Counted from the stretch's first letter, positions 47,220-56,759 are shown. The stretch: 64,000 nucleotides of DNA from an uncultured Dehalococcoidia bacterium (GCA_964487335.1 CAZAPT010000008.1:27425-91424); one strand, 5' to 3'. Notes: generated from the letters alone by a model not told the origin. Translations and numbers: made by a program.

Positions 47220-47715
47220 CCCCCGGCGGCGTCCCTTCGTCATCCGGCGACTCATCGCCCGACGGCTTCGCCCGCTTGTGCAGCTCCGTGCCCCGCTGCT
47301 CCTCCAGCCGCCCCAGCGCCCGCCCCTTGTCCGGATGCTCGTCTTTCACGAGGCCGTAGATCTCGCGTCCTTCGTGCCCCTCTGGCAAGTGCTCGGTGAT
47401 CGGAAGACCTTCCGAATTACAGAAGAGTAGTCAATGGCAGTACTTGTACTTCTGCATCTCGTCGCACGCGCAGATCCACGTGCTACGCTTCGCCTCTTCC
47501 GCCTTGTCTTCGTAGAAGTTGCACGGGCACAGCGGCCGCCCCACCTCGTCGATGTGCTTCGCGAGCCCGATGACCAGGAACTCAGTGATCTCCCGCTGCG
47601 GGTGCAGGTTCGTCCCGCTCTTTTCAGCGAACTTCTCGACGAACTTCCACATCTTGTCGATGTTCTTCGGCGAAGCCTGCTGCCGGTCCTCATCGCTAGG
47701 CTTATCGATCGCCAT
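47209..47715 (-). CDS. Ferredoxin:thioredoxin reductase catalytic subunit, probable selenoprotein (168 aa; UGA at 47431-47433 read as Sec)
   Basis: PLCPCNFY..WICACDEM..YCH-UGA-LLF matches FTR CPC/CPC/CHC-x-LF; frame stays open 73 codons to TAG 47209-47211; SECIS-like hairpin follows UGA. Confidence 0.85.
47392..47424 (-). promoter_or_regulatory. Bacterial SECIS-like element
   Basis: UCGGAA-GGUC-UUCCGA upper stem (47400-47415), loop G-U at +23/+24 after UGA, possible bulged U and lower stem. Confidence 0.75.
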
Positions 47716-47838
47716 CCCAATCTCCGCGTGATCCCGCGTCCGATTGCCTCAGCCTACCCCATCCGGGACGTACCTCGGGGCCGGATCGACTGATGCGCAC
47801 CCACGAGCTGACCCACTGACAGACTGAAAGACTTCCCG

Positions 47839-48330
47839 CTACAGATCGATCCGAAACGACCGCTGCGTCGTCCGAAACCCGAGCCGCTCATAGAACCGAT
47901 GCGCCTCCGCCCGGTGCAGCCCGCTCGTCAGCGCAATCTTGTAGCACCCGGCCGCACGCGCCTCGTCGATCGCAGGCCGCATCAGCCGCTCGCCGTACCC
48001 ACTACCGCGCGCCGAGGCATCCACCACAACATTCTCGACGATCGCATATGGCCTCCCGTGATGCGTCAGATTCGGCACGATGATCAACACCAGGGTCCCG
48101 AGCACGACGCCGTCCACCTCGAGCACAAACAGATGTTGCTTCCCATCGGCCTCGATCTCGTCGAATGCGGCTGTGTACTCACGCGCAACTGGCTGTCCGA
48201 CGTTCTCGTGCCCGGGCTCCGACCTGAGCTGATCGAGCAACTCGACAATTCGCGGCAGATCCTCTCGCGTCGCCTCGCGCACGATCCCTTCCGCCGGAAC
48301 GCGGGTCCCGGCCCGCTCCTCGATCGTCAT
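47839..48330 (-). CDS. GNAT acetyltransferase
   Basis: IVENVVVDASARGSGYGERL, AHRFYERLGF. Confidence 0.9.
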   Translation of the reverse strand: MTIEERAGTRVPAEGIVREATREDLPRIVELLDQLRSEPGHENVGQPVAREYTAAFDEIEADGKQHLFVLEVDGVVLGTLVLIIVPNLTHHGRPYAIVENVVVDASARGSGYGERLMRPAIDEARAAGCYKIALTSGLHRAEAHRFYERLGFRTTQRSFRIDL

Positions 48331-49019
48331 CGGTCCCCCGGCATCCAGAAGTTCGTATTCCGCGGCGTCGTATCAGCCCGCCCAGACGATCGCTCACCCG
48401 ATACCCCGCCCGGGATGATCGAAGGATCGATCGCCGCCCGCGTCGGGTCCGCGAAGTCCCCGAACGTCACCTCGTCCGTCTCCGTATCGAGCACCGCATA
48501 CGACAGCCGGAACCCGTTCCGGGGATCCCGCGCCTCGCCCGCCGATCCCGGATTGATGACCAGGCTCCGTCCGACGCGCTGCGCCATCTGGTAGTGCGTG
48601 TGCCCCAGCACGATGTAGTCGCTGCCGATCTCCGCCAGCCGCGAGATCGATGGGCTGTTCGGATAGATGTACTCGTTGTGCGGCTCGAACGGGCTCCCGT
48701 GCACCATCACCAGCGACTTCCCGTTGACCCGCGTCTCGATCCGTCGCGGCTGCTCCGCCATCCACGCCAGCTCGCCCGCATCGACGTGTGCCGCCGACCG
48801 CGCGTGCTCGCCCCACTTCCCCAGCAGCACGTCCTCGTGGTTTCCCAGCACGTACCGCGTGCCCCGCTCGCGCAACGCGCGGATCACCTCGTTCGAGAAC
48901 CGGAACTGGTACACCGCATCCCCCGCGCACAGCAGCTCGTCCACCTCCCCCATCCCCTCCAGCGCAATCGCCAGCGCCTCGTGGTTGCAGTGAATGTCCG
49001 AAACCATCCCGATCTTCAA
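48327..49019 (-). CDS. Calcineurin-like metallophosphoesterase (YfcE-like)
   Basis: SDIH, GD, GNHE, HGSP, GHTH, NPGS; TTG start. Confidence 0.9.
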   Translation of the reverse strand: MKIGMVSDIHCNHEALAIALEGMGEVDELLCAGDAVYQFRFSNEVIRALRERGTRYVLGNHEDVLLGKWGEHARSAAHVDAGELAWMAEQPRRIETRVNGKSLVMVHGSPFEPHNEYIYPNSPSISRLAEIGSDYIVLGHTHYQMAQRVGRSLVINPGSAGEARDPRNGFRLSYAVLDTETDEVTFGDFADPTRAAIDPSIIPGGVSGERSSGRADTTPRNTNFWMPGDR

Positions 49020-49335
49020 TGCCGTCTCGCTCTCACCCGGCCAGCCTCGTCATGAAGTGCTGTCCCCTGCTCCGACATCGCCGGCCGAATCCGCTACGGT
49101 CGCCCCATGATCGACATCGCCCTCCGCCCCGCGAACCCGCCGGATCCGCCGACCGAGGCACACCGTCACGACCATTACATAACGGTTGATTGTTCTCTCG
49201 AGCAAACAATCAAATTCAATCAAACGTCCGAATCTGCCAGCGTCACGGAGGAGCCCACCGCAGATTCACCGCCTGCCAATACTGAAAAAACAAAGATCAA
49301 TCAAATACCCGACATAACCGCCGCCTCGGCTCCCG

Positions 49336-50718
49336 CTACACCCGCATCTCCCGCCACCGCCCCTGCCGGAACCGCCGCACGATGAGCCCCGCCCGCGTCC
49401 AGTTCTCGATCACCGCCCCCAGCCACGCGAACGGCGCCCCCAGCCCCAGGACCAGCACCGTGAACGCCGCGATCGGCACTCGGATGCACCACGCCGAGAA
49501 CGTGAACGTCCCCAGCACGTACTTCACATCCCCCGCCCCGCGTAGCGCCCCCGCCAGCGACGCATGCAGCGCCATCCCCGGCAGCGCGAACGCGAACACC
49601 CGCAACAGCTTCGTCCCCGTATCCACGACCGCCGGATCGCTCGAGAAGATCCGCACGATGTGCGGCGCCAGCGCGAACTGCAGCATCGCCATGACGACGA
49701 GCGTGCCGACCGCAAACGCTGCCGTCCGCCGCGCGATCGCTTCCGCCATCTCCGGCCGCCCGGCGCCCAGGTTCTGTCCCACGAGCGCAGTCGCCGCGGT
49801 CCCAAGCGCGAATCCCGGCAGTATCGAGATCTCCAGCGACCGCAGCGCCACCGAGTGCGCGGCAAGCTGGTCCGTCCCCAGCGTTGCGACAATCCGCGTG
49901 TATACCAGGAACGCCAGCATGAACTGCCCCTCCTCCAGCCCCACCGGTACTCCGATCCGGAACAGCCGGCCGAAGGAGTCCCGCGTGACGTTGGTCAGGT
50001 GCGCGAACGACAGCTTCACCGGCGTCAGATCGCTCACCGCGAGCGCGATCGCCAGCACGCCGCCGGTCATCCCCGCCGCCGCATACCCGATGCCAGACGC
50101 CTGCACCCCCAGGTCGGCCACCGCGCCGCTGATTAGCAGGAGCGTCACCAGCGCGTTCACCGCGTTGACGACGATGAGGATCAGCATCGGCAGCCACGTG
50201 TTTCCCATCCCACGAAGCGACCCGTTGATCGCGTACAGCACCATCAGCATCGGGAACGCCAGTGAGCCCGCCCGCAGATAGTCCACGCCGAGCGGCTGCA
50301 CCTCTGGCTTGGCGCCCATTAGCCGCATTAGCAGCGGCGCGGCTGAGAACACCACGATCGTGCACGCCAGCCCCCACGCAAGCGCAGCAATGACCGATGT
50401 GTGCAGCCCCTGCTGCACCCGCGACCGGTCGCCTGCACCGACGTCCCGTGCCACCACCGCGGTCGACCCCACGTCGAGCGCCAGGGCGCCGGCCAGCGGG
50501 ATCCAGAACAGCAGCGACCCGATCCCAACCGCCGCGAGCCCGTCCGCCCCGACATAGTGCCCCACGAGCGCCGCGTCCGTCGCGCTGAGCACCGACAGTG
50601 ACAGCCGCTCGATGACGACCGGCACCGCCATCCGCAGGATGACGCCCGAAACACCGCGCTGGTCCGCTCGACGCTCGGCGCGCTTCCTCGTCGTGACAGC
50701 TTGAGCCTCGATGGCCAT
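49336..50718 (-). CDS. MATE family efflux transporter
   Basis: MAVPVVI, LVGHYVGADGLAAVG, GMGNTWLPM, LRGAGD. Confidence 0.9.
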   Translation of the reverse strand: MAIEAQAVTTRKRAERRADQRGVSGVILRMAVPVVIERLSLSVLSATDAALVGHYVGADGLAAVGIGSLLFWIPLAGALALDVGSTAVVARDVGAGDRSRVQQGLHTSVIAALAWGLACTIVVFSAAPLLMRLMGAKPEVQPLGVDYLRAGSLAFPMLMVLYAINGSLRGMGNTWLPMLILIVVNAVNALVTLLLISGAVADLGVQASGIGYAAAGMTGGVLAIALAVSDLTPVKLSFAHLTNVTRDSFGRLFRIGVPVGLEEGQFMLAFLVYTRIVATLGTDQLAAHSVALRSLEISILPGFALGTAATALVGQNLGAGRPEMAEAIARRTAAFAVGTLVVMAMLQFALAPHIVRIFSSDPAVVDTGTKLLRVFAFALPGMALHASLAGALRGAGDVKYVLGTFTFSAWCIRVPIAAFTVLVLGLGAPFAWLGAVIENWTRAGLIVRRFRQGRWREMRV

Positions 50719-50872
50719 TTCGCCTCACACCGCAGATTTCCGGACTGTTGACAGGGCACATCGCCGATGCGCGACCATGACCGCGGACCAAACAGCGTCC
50801 ACGGTCGCACTGCGACGTCGATGATGCCGGGGTTGCGGTCAGGTTAGCACGGGATGCCCGCGCCGCCGTCCG

Positions 50873-51964
50873 TCAGGGAGTGGGCGTAGGCGATGCGCTT
50901 GCCTCCGCCGCCGCCGACACTGACGTTGCAGGAGGAGGCGGTGGTGGAGGTGGAGGCGGTGGCGCCGGAGAAGGCGGCGTTGGCGTCGCCGTTGCGGTAG
51001 ACGTTGGCGTGTCCGTAGGCGGGACGGGCGTCGGTGTGTCCGTTGGCGTGGCCGGGATGCCCGTCGGCGTCCCCGTGGGTACCGGAGTCGCGGTGTCGTC
51101 CGGCCCCGGAGTATTCGTACTCTCCGCCGTCGGCGTGTCGTCCGGCGACGGCGTGTTTGTGCTCGGCTCTGCCGTCGGCCACTGCGCCGCCGCTCCGTCC
51201 GCTGGCGTCGGCGTCGGGATCGGCACCACTTCGGGCACGGCCTCGACTAGGACGGGGTTCGGCGGAGGCGGCAGTGGGTTGAAGTCGCGTGGCACGCGGT
51301 GCGGCGTCAGCTTGATCTTCTGCTCCTTGCCGCGGCCGTAGTTTCCGGAGACGTACGACTGGTCCTGCTGCGGAACGCCATCCGTTGTGTCGATGTCGTC
51401 GAACGCGATGGGCACCGACTGCGAGAAGTACTGGCCCGGCACCGTCCGCTCCACCTGGAAGTGCAGGTGCGGGCCCGGCGCGCTGTTGTCCCCCGAGCAC
51501 GTCACGCCGGTCTCGCCCGAGATCGCGATTGGCTGCCCTTGCTCGACCAGGTCTCCCGGCTGCACGAGGACCGAGTTCTGCGCGAGGTGCAGGTACAGCG
51601 ACGACGTCCCGTCCCCATGGTCGATCTCGACGTAGTTCGTCATCGTCGAGAAGATCGCGTTGCAGCCTCCCGCGTTCGAGTCCTGCCGGACGAGGGTGAC
51701 CTTCCCCGCGCGCGCCGCGACCACGGTGTCGTAGTTCAGGTCGAAGTCGAAGGCGTACGCCGCCAATCCGTTGTGTGTGAAGTTGGTCTGCTCGCCCTGC
51801 GTGACCGTATGAATCTCGCCGCCGGCCCACGGAAGCAGGTAACCCTGCGGCGCGGGAAACACCGGAGGACGGTTCGGATCCGGCACGCCCGGCACGTGGA
51901 TCGGCGGCACCAGCGCCGCGATGAACGTGACGGCAACAGCAAACGAGGACGCAAGAAACGTCAA
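50873..51964 (-). CDS. M23 family metallopeptidase with Pro/Thr-rich C-tail
   Basis: HNG..AFDF (HxxxD-like), YLHLA, GPHLHF (HxH); signal peptide; TTG start. Confidence 0.85.
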   Translation of the reverse strand: MTFLASSFAVAVTFIAALVPPIHVPGVPDPNRPPVFPAPQGYLLPWAGGEIHTVTQGEQTNFTHNGLAAYAFDFDLNYDTVVAARAGKVTLVRQDSNAGGCNAIFSTMTNYVEIDHGDGTSSLYLHLAQNSVLVQPGDLVEQGQPIAISGETGVTCSGDNSAPGPHLHFQVERTVPGQYFSQSVPIAFDDIDTTDGVPQQDQSYVSGNYGRGKEQKIKLTPHRVPRDFNPLPPPPNPVLVEAVPEVVPIPTPTPADGAAAQWPTAEPSTNTPSPDDTPTAESTNTPGPDDTATPVPTGTPTGIPATPTDTPTPVPPTDTPTSTATATPTPPSPAPPPPPPPPPPPATSVSAAAEASASPTPTP

Positions 51965-52243
51965 AGTTAGCTACCTTGAAACGCGAGGTGGCAGGGCGTT
52001 AGCGACGTTGTATCGTACGCACTGCAGCGCCTCCAATACGCCTTTTACGTCAAATCCCTAAATATCGGCCAAATCTGCGCGCATAGGCCCGCGGCAGAGT
52101 CTGAATCTTGACGGCTGCGACATTGCGGCCCGTGGCCGGCGTCGAGTGGCTAGGCGAGGAGCAGTGCCTCCGATCCGGCCATGGCTCCCGTTCACGCATG
52201 CCCAATAGTCCTCTAAGATTCCGTTGGCAGACTGGACTCTCAT

Positions 52244-52705
52244 ATGAGCGCGCTCTCGCTCCCCGACCCGCGCTACATCGCGATGCTCCTCGCAGTACCG
52301 CTCGCGCTACCGCTCGTCGCCTGCGGCGGCGGTGGCAACAGTGACGTATCGAAGTCCCCTCCCGCTCAGACCGCCGCCGCGCGCGTGACGCGCACCGCCG
52401 TGGCCCAGGCGACCGCCACCGCCGTCGCCGCAATCCCGACGGAGTTCACCTCCGTCCCGCCGACCGTCACGCGTGGTCAGAACGCGCAGATCAGCGTCCA
52501 TACCAAGCCCCGGGCGCGCTGCGATGTGGCCATAAGCTACCGGAACAATCCCTCGCACCCGGACCAGCCGGGCCCGCAGCGCGCCGACAACGATGGCAAC
52601 GTCAGTTGGTCCTGGACTGTAAATCCCGATGCTGAGCCCGGTCCCGCCGCGGCCATCGTGAGCTGCGATTACGACGTCCTCCAGACCAGCTTCACCGTCA
52701 CCTGA
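52244..52705 (+). CDS. Hypothetical lipoprotein with small Ig-like domain
   Basis: LVACGGG lipobox; ADNDGNVSWSWTV and a Cys pair. Confidence 0.7.
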   Translation: MSALSLPDPRYIAMLLAVPLALPLVACGGGGNSDVSKSPPAQTAAARVTRTAVAQATATAVAAIPTEFTSVPPTVTRGQNAQISVHTKPRARCDVAISYRNNPSHPDQPGPQRADNDGNVSWSWTVNPDAEPGPAAAIVSCDYDVLQTSFTVT

Positions 52706-52833
52706 ACTATGCCCGAGCCAAACGCGTTTCCCGGCGTCGCACCAAGAAAAGCGGGCCTCGCGCAACGAGGCTGCACGCGGGACCTGCCCGACTGACCGAC
52801 TCACCGGCTAGGACACCGACTATACTCGCCCTC

Positions 52834-53367
52834 GTGCCCCTGTATCACTTCAGCGAAGAGCCCGACATCCGCGTCTTCGAGCCGCGCCCTCCGCTCGCTC
52901 GGCCCGATGTCGAGCCGCTCGTGTGGGCGATCGACGACCGGCACCAGCCGATGTACTTCTTCCCGCGCGACTGCCCGCGCGCTTGCTTCTGGCCGGGCCC
53001 GCAGACCTCCGACGATGACCGCGACCGGTGGCTCACCGCCGCCGACGTGCGCATGGCCATCGCCGTCGAGTCCCGATGGCTCGACTCCATCCGCCAAACC
53101 GTCCTCTACCGCTACACCATGCCGGACGAAGGCTTCGCGCCGCTCGATGACATCGCCGGACACTGGGTGAACCGTTCCGCCGTGACGCCGCTGTCCGTCG
53201 ACCCGGTCGGCGATCTGCTGCGCGCGCTGCTCGACGCGAACGTCGAACTCCGCGTGATGCCATCACTCATCGAGCTCTGGCGCCGCGTCATCCAATCGAC
53301 GCTTTGCTTCTCCGGCACCCGCCTCCGCAACGCCAAAGGTTGGGATCAACTCGCCGCCGAACTCTAA
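52834..53367 (+). CDS. Conserved hypothetical protein (DUF6886-like)
   Basis: LYHFSEEPDIRVFEPR, VWAID..YFFPRDCPR; TATACT 7 nt before GTG. Confidence 0.7.
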   Translation: MPLYHFSEEPDIRVFEPRPPLARPDVEPLVWAIDDRHQPMYFFPRDCPRACFWPGPQTSDDDRDRWLTAADVRMAIAVESRWLDSIRQTVLYRYTMPDEGFAPLDDIAGHWVNRSAVTPLSVDPVGDLLRALLDANVELRVMPSLIELWRRVIQSTLCFSGTRLRNAKGWDQLAAEL

Positions 53368-54317
53368 TCGCTACCGGGGCCTTCCCCGATCCGCGTCCCC
53401 GGCTCAACCCTCGCCCCTGCGGCCCACGGCCACGACTCGCGCGTCGCCGCGAAGTCCCCGTGATGTCCCCGCACAATCGCATCCGCGATCCGCGCCGCCT
53501 CCACGTTCGCCCGCACGTCGTGCACCCGGACGATGTCCGCCCCGCCGGCGATCGCCAGCGCCGTCACCGCCACCGTCGCCGCGTCCCGATCGCGCGGCGT
53601 GGCGCCGGTCACGCTCCCGATGAAGTGCTTCCGTGACGCCGCGACCAGGATCGGCAGCCCGAACGCTCCGAACTCTGAGAGCCGCCGCAGCACTTCGAGG
53701 TCCTCGTCGTGCGACTTCCCGAACGCGATCCCTGGATCGATGATCAGCGACTCCTCCGCGACGCCCGCGGCGCGCGCCATCTCGATCCGCTCCCGAAAGA
53801 ACCGCATGTGCGCCTCCATCACGTCGTCGTACAGCGGCGGGGCTAAAGGCCTCACCTTCGGCCGCTCGAGCGTGTAGTTGATCACCAGTGCTGCACGGTG
53901 CTTCTCCGCGGCTTCGGCGGTCGACGCGCCCACCATGAACCCGCCGATGTCGTTGATCATGTGCGCCCCGGCCGAGATCCCCGCCTGCGCGACAGCGCCC
54001 TTGTACGTATCGATGGAGATGACGGCATCGACTTCCTTCGATACCGCGCGCACGACACGGCCGATGAGCTCCGCCTCCCCCGCCGACTCCCTCGGAGGCA
54101 CATCCGCGCGCGCCGACTCCGCACCGATATCGACGATATCCGCTCCGTCCGCCTGCGCCGCAACCGCTCGTCGCACCGCCGCATCGAGGTCGTCGCCGAG
54201 GCCGTCACCTGAGAACGAATCGTCCGTCAGGTTCACGATCGCCATCACGTACGTCCGCTCGCCGAGCGGCAGCGCGCGATCGCGCGCGCGAAGCGTTCTG
54301 CGTGCGCTGTCAGTCAT
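53364..54317 (-). CDS. folP: Dihydropteroate synthase
   Basis: VNLTDDSFSGDG, DIGAES, SIDTYK, IDPGIAFGK, SRK, VRVHDV. Confidence 0.95.
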   Translation of the reverse strand: MTDSARRTLRARDRALPLGERTYVMAIVNLTDDSFSGDGLGDDLDAAVRRAVAAQADGADIVDIGAESARADVPPRESAGEAELIGRVVRAVSKEVDAVISIDTYKGAVAQAGISAGAHMINDIGGFMVGASTAEAAEKHRAALVINYTLERPKVRPLAPPLYDDVMEAHMRFFRERIEMARAAGVAEESLIIDPGIAFGKSHDEDLEVLRRLSEFGAFGLPILVAASRKHFIGSVTGATPRDRDAATVAVTALAIAGGADIVRVHDVRANVEAARIADAIVRGHHGDFAATRESWPWAAGARVEPGTRIGEGPGSD

Positions 54318-54352
54318 GGTTTGAAGCGTGGGCCGCCGCAGCCCCTGTAGGA

Positions 54353-55195
54353 CTAATCCCAGAAGTCGAGCGTTGTGCGCATCGCCTTCTCGAAGTCCTC
54401 GTCCGATTGCTGCTTGTGCAGTTGCCCGATCAGCTCAGCGTCCTGACCGACGAGGTACCGCCGCTTCGGCTCCGCCGCCTTGGCGGCATCCACGATCACG
54501 TTCGCGACGATCTGCGCGTCCGCTCCACCGCCTGTGCCCGGCAAGCGCGATGACGCTTCGGCGAACCGTCGCTCGAGCTGGACGTATGCCGAGCCCTCGG
54601 TGAAACGCTTCGCGGGATGGGAGTTGTTGCCGATCTCCGTCTCGAACCCGCCCGGCTCGACGATCGAGACTTGGATCCCGAACGGGTGTAGCTCGTAGTA
54701 CAGTGCGTCGCTGATCGCTTCGAGCGCGTGCTTGCTCGCCGAGTAGATCCCGCCGAACGGCGCCGTCACCTTACCCGCGAGCGAACTCACGTTGATGATG
54801 CGACCGCTGCCCTGCTCCCGCATCGTCGGTAGCGCCGCCCGCGTGGTGCGGATCACGCCCATCAGGTTCGTGTCGAAGATCGCCTGCACCTCGTCGTCGT
54901 CGAAGTCCTCGATCGGCCCGTGCGAGCCGATGCCCGCGTTGTTCACCAGCACGTCGAGACGCCCGGCCTTCGCCGCCACGTCCTTCACCGCCCGGTCCGC
55001 GGACGCCTTCTTCGTCACGTCCAGCTCGACGACGCTCACTTCCAGCTTCTCCGCCTTCGCCGCATCCTGGAGCGCCCCCGCTTTCGACGTGTTCCGCATC
55101 GATGCGTACACCGTGTCTCCCCGCCGCGCGAACTCCAGCGCCGCGAGCTTCCCGAACCCTGAGCTGCACCCTGTGATCAGTACGACTGCCATCAT
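54353..55195 (-). CDS. Short-chain dehydrogenase/reductase (17beta-HSD-like)
   Basis: ITGCSSGFG, VNNAG, YSASK, EPG. Confidence 0.95.
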   Translation of the reverse strand: MMAVVLITGCSSGFGKLAALEFARRGDTVYASMRNTSKAGALQDAAKAEKLEVSVVELDVTKKASADRAVKDVAAKAGRLDVLVNNAGIGSHGPIEDFDDDEVQAIFDTNLMGVIRTTRAALPTMREQGSGRIINVSSLAGKVTAPFGGIYSASKHALEAISDALYYELHPFGIQVSIVEPGGFETEIGNNSHPAKRFTEGSAYVQLERRFAEASSRLPGTGGGADAQIVANVIVDAAKAAEPKRRYLVGQDAELIGQLHKQQSDEDFEKAMRTTLDFWD

Positions 55196-55236
55196 CGATT
55201 CCTTTCTGCGTGTCCGCTCCGTGTTGCCACGCGCCT

Positions 55237-55926
55237 CTATCGGCGCGCGTGGTGCTCCTTCAGTCGCTTCAGCGAAGCATCGTCGATATCCACCCGAACG
55301 ATGTCTGCCACGACTTCCACAATGTGCTCCACCGGCAGCTCGACTTCCTTCGAGAACAGCCACCCCCGCCGCACCGCGAGCGTACTGATCTTCTTCGTCG
55401 TGTCATCGAAGATCACGTCCTCGACCTCGCCGATCTTCTCGTGTGGCCGCAACCTCCACACCGGAGAGTCCTTCTCGATCTCGAACTCTCCGGCCGGCGT
55501 CGCCGTCTTCTCGATCATCACGTACGGCCCGGGCTCGCCGGGGATCGAGGTCACGAATCGGCGCACGTCGGAGATGTCCAGTTCGCCAGGCTCGGCGTCG
55601 GCGATTTCGGCGAAGTCGTCCTCGGCGTAGTCGACCGACAGTTCCTTGAACTCGTCCGCTGTCATCGTGATCCGCACGTGCTCGTGATCGGCGCTCGCGA
55701 TCGCCTCGATGGGGATCATGCGGTCGTGCGACAGCCCGATCGCGCCGTTCCAGTCGCCGCTTCGGAAGATCCCTGTATCTACCACGACGTGCGTGAGCTT
55801 CAAGTCGCCGCGCCGCATCACGAAGCGGCTCAAAGTCCCCACCTTGTGGCCGTCTCGCGCGGTGACGCTCGCGCCCAGGTGCAAATCGCCCGCCTGCACC
55901 GCCGCGCCAGTCGGCCCGGACGTCAC
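55237..55926 (-). CDS. PRC-barrel domain protein (two barrels)
   Basis: V.ARDGHKVG.L..LTHVVV..G and KIGEVEDVIFD..LAVRRG; GTG overlaps upstream TGA. Confidence 0.75.
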   Translation of the reverse strand: MTSGPTGAAVQAGDLHLGASVTARDGHKVGTLSRFVMRRGDLKLTHVVVDTGIFRSGDWNGAIGLSHDRMIPIEAIASADHEHVRITMTADEFKELSVDYAEDDFAEIADAEPGELDISDVRRFVTSIPGEPGPYVMIEKTATPAGEFEIEKDSPVWRLRPHEKIGEVEDVIFDDTTKKISTLAVRRGWLFSKEVELPVEHIVEVVADIVRVDIDDASLKRLKEHHARR

Positions 55927-56759
55927 GCGACGGCCTGCGGCACCTCGGCCGCGCGCGGGTTCACCACGTGCCGGTCGAGGAACAGCGCCATGATCGCCGC
56001 ACACTGCCGCCCGAGGTCAGGCGCCGCGTCGAAGCCGTGTGGCGCTCCGTCGAACATGTGCAGCTCGGCCGGCGCTCCGGCCTCGTGCAGCGCCTCGTAC
56101 AACCGAATGCTCGAGGCCTGGGGTACGAGCTCGTCCTTGTTGCCGTGGATGAGCAGCGTCGGTGGGAAGTCGCGCTGGACATACGTGAGTGGCGCCGCGC
56201 CCCGCACGGCCTCTGCCGAAGCGCCTTCGCCCATCAGCGCTTGCACGGTCTCGCTGAGCGGAGTTCCCTCCGCGCCGAGCACCGCCGGTCCGTAGAAGGC
56301 GATGCACGCCGCCACCTCTGTCGAGACGCCAGAGTTCCCGCCGTCGCCCTCGAACCCCGCCAGTTCCGGGGTTCCCGCCGCGATCAGCGAAAGGTGTCCC
56401 CCCGCAGAGTTCCCGGAGATCGAGATTTTCGCCGGATCGATCCACAACTCGTTCGCGTTAGCACGCATCCACCGAAGCGCCGCCTTCACGTCGTGGATCT
56501 GCGCCGGCCATTTCGCCTCGTCGGACAGCCGGTACTCGGACGCCACGCACAGGTATCCGATGCGTCCGAGCAGGATCCCGTACCCATGGAGCTGGCTCCG
56601 GTCCCCGCCGCGCCATCCGCCGCCGTGCACCAGCAAGACCGAAGGCGCGCCGGTCCGCTGCTCCGGTGGTCGGTACACATTGCACCGCAGGTCGCGCCCT
56701 CCTCCGGTCCCGAAAACCACATCCCGCTCGATCGTGACGCGTCCCGTCTCGCCAGCCAT
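55923..56759 (-). CDS. HSL-like lipase/esterase
   Basis: VHGGGW, YRLS, GNSAGGHL, HGNKD, PHGF. Confidence 0.9.
   Translation of the reverse strand: MAGETGRVTIERDVVFGTGGGRDLRCNVYRPPEQRTGAPSVLLVHGGGWRGGDRSQLHGYGILLGRIGYLCVASEYRLSDEAKWPAQIHDVKAALRWMRANANELWIDPAKISISGNSAGGHLSLIAAGTPELAGFEGDGGNSGVSTEVAACIAFYGPAVLGAEGTPLSETVQALMGEGASAEAVRGAAPLTYVQRDFPPTLLIHGNKDELVPQASSIRLYEALHEAGAPAELHMFDGAPHGFDAAPDLGRQCAAIMALFLDRHVVNPRAAEVPQAVA

Noticed and set aside
47431-47715. 94-aa FTR as called by the ORF track
   Set aside because: It would lack the last Cys of CHC and the following LF; UGA readthrough explains the sequence better.
49107-49385. 92-aa plus-strand ORF in the AT-rich island
   Set aside because: No RBS, atypical composition, overlaps the MATE 3' end; treated as non-coding.
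51965-52243. c-di-AMP riboswitch upstream of the M23 gene
   Set aside because: No ydaO consensus seen, and a plausible -10 (TACGAT) lies only about 55 nt from the start.
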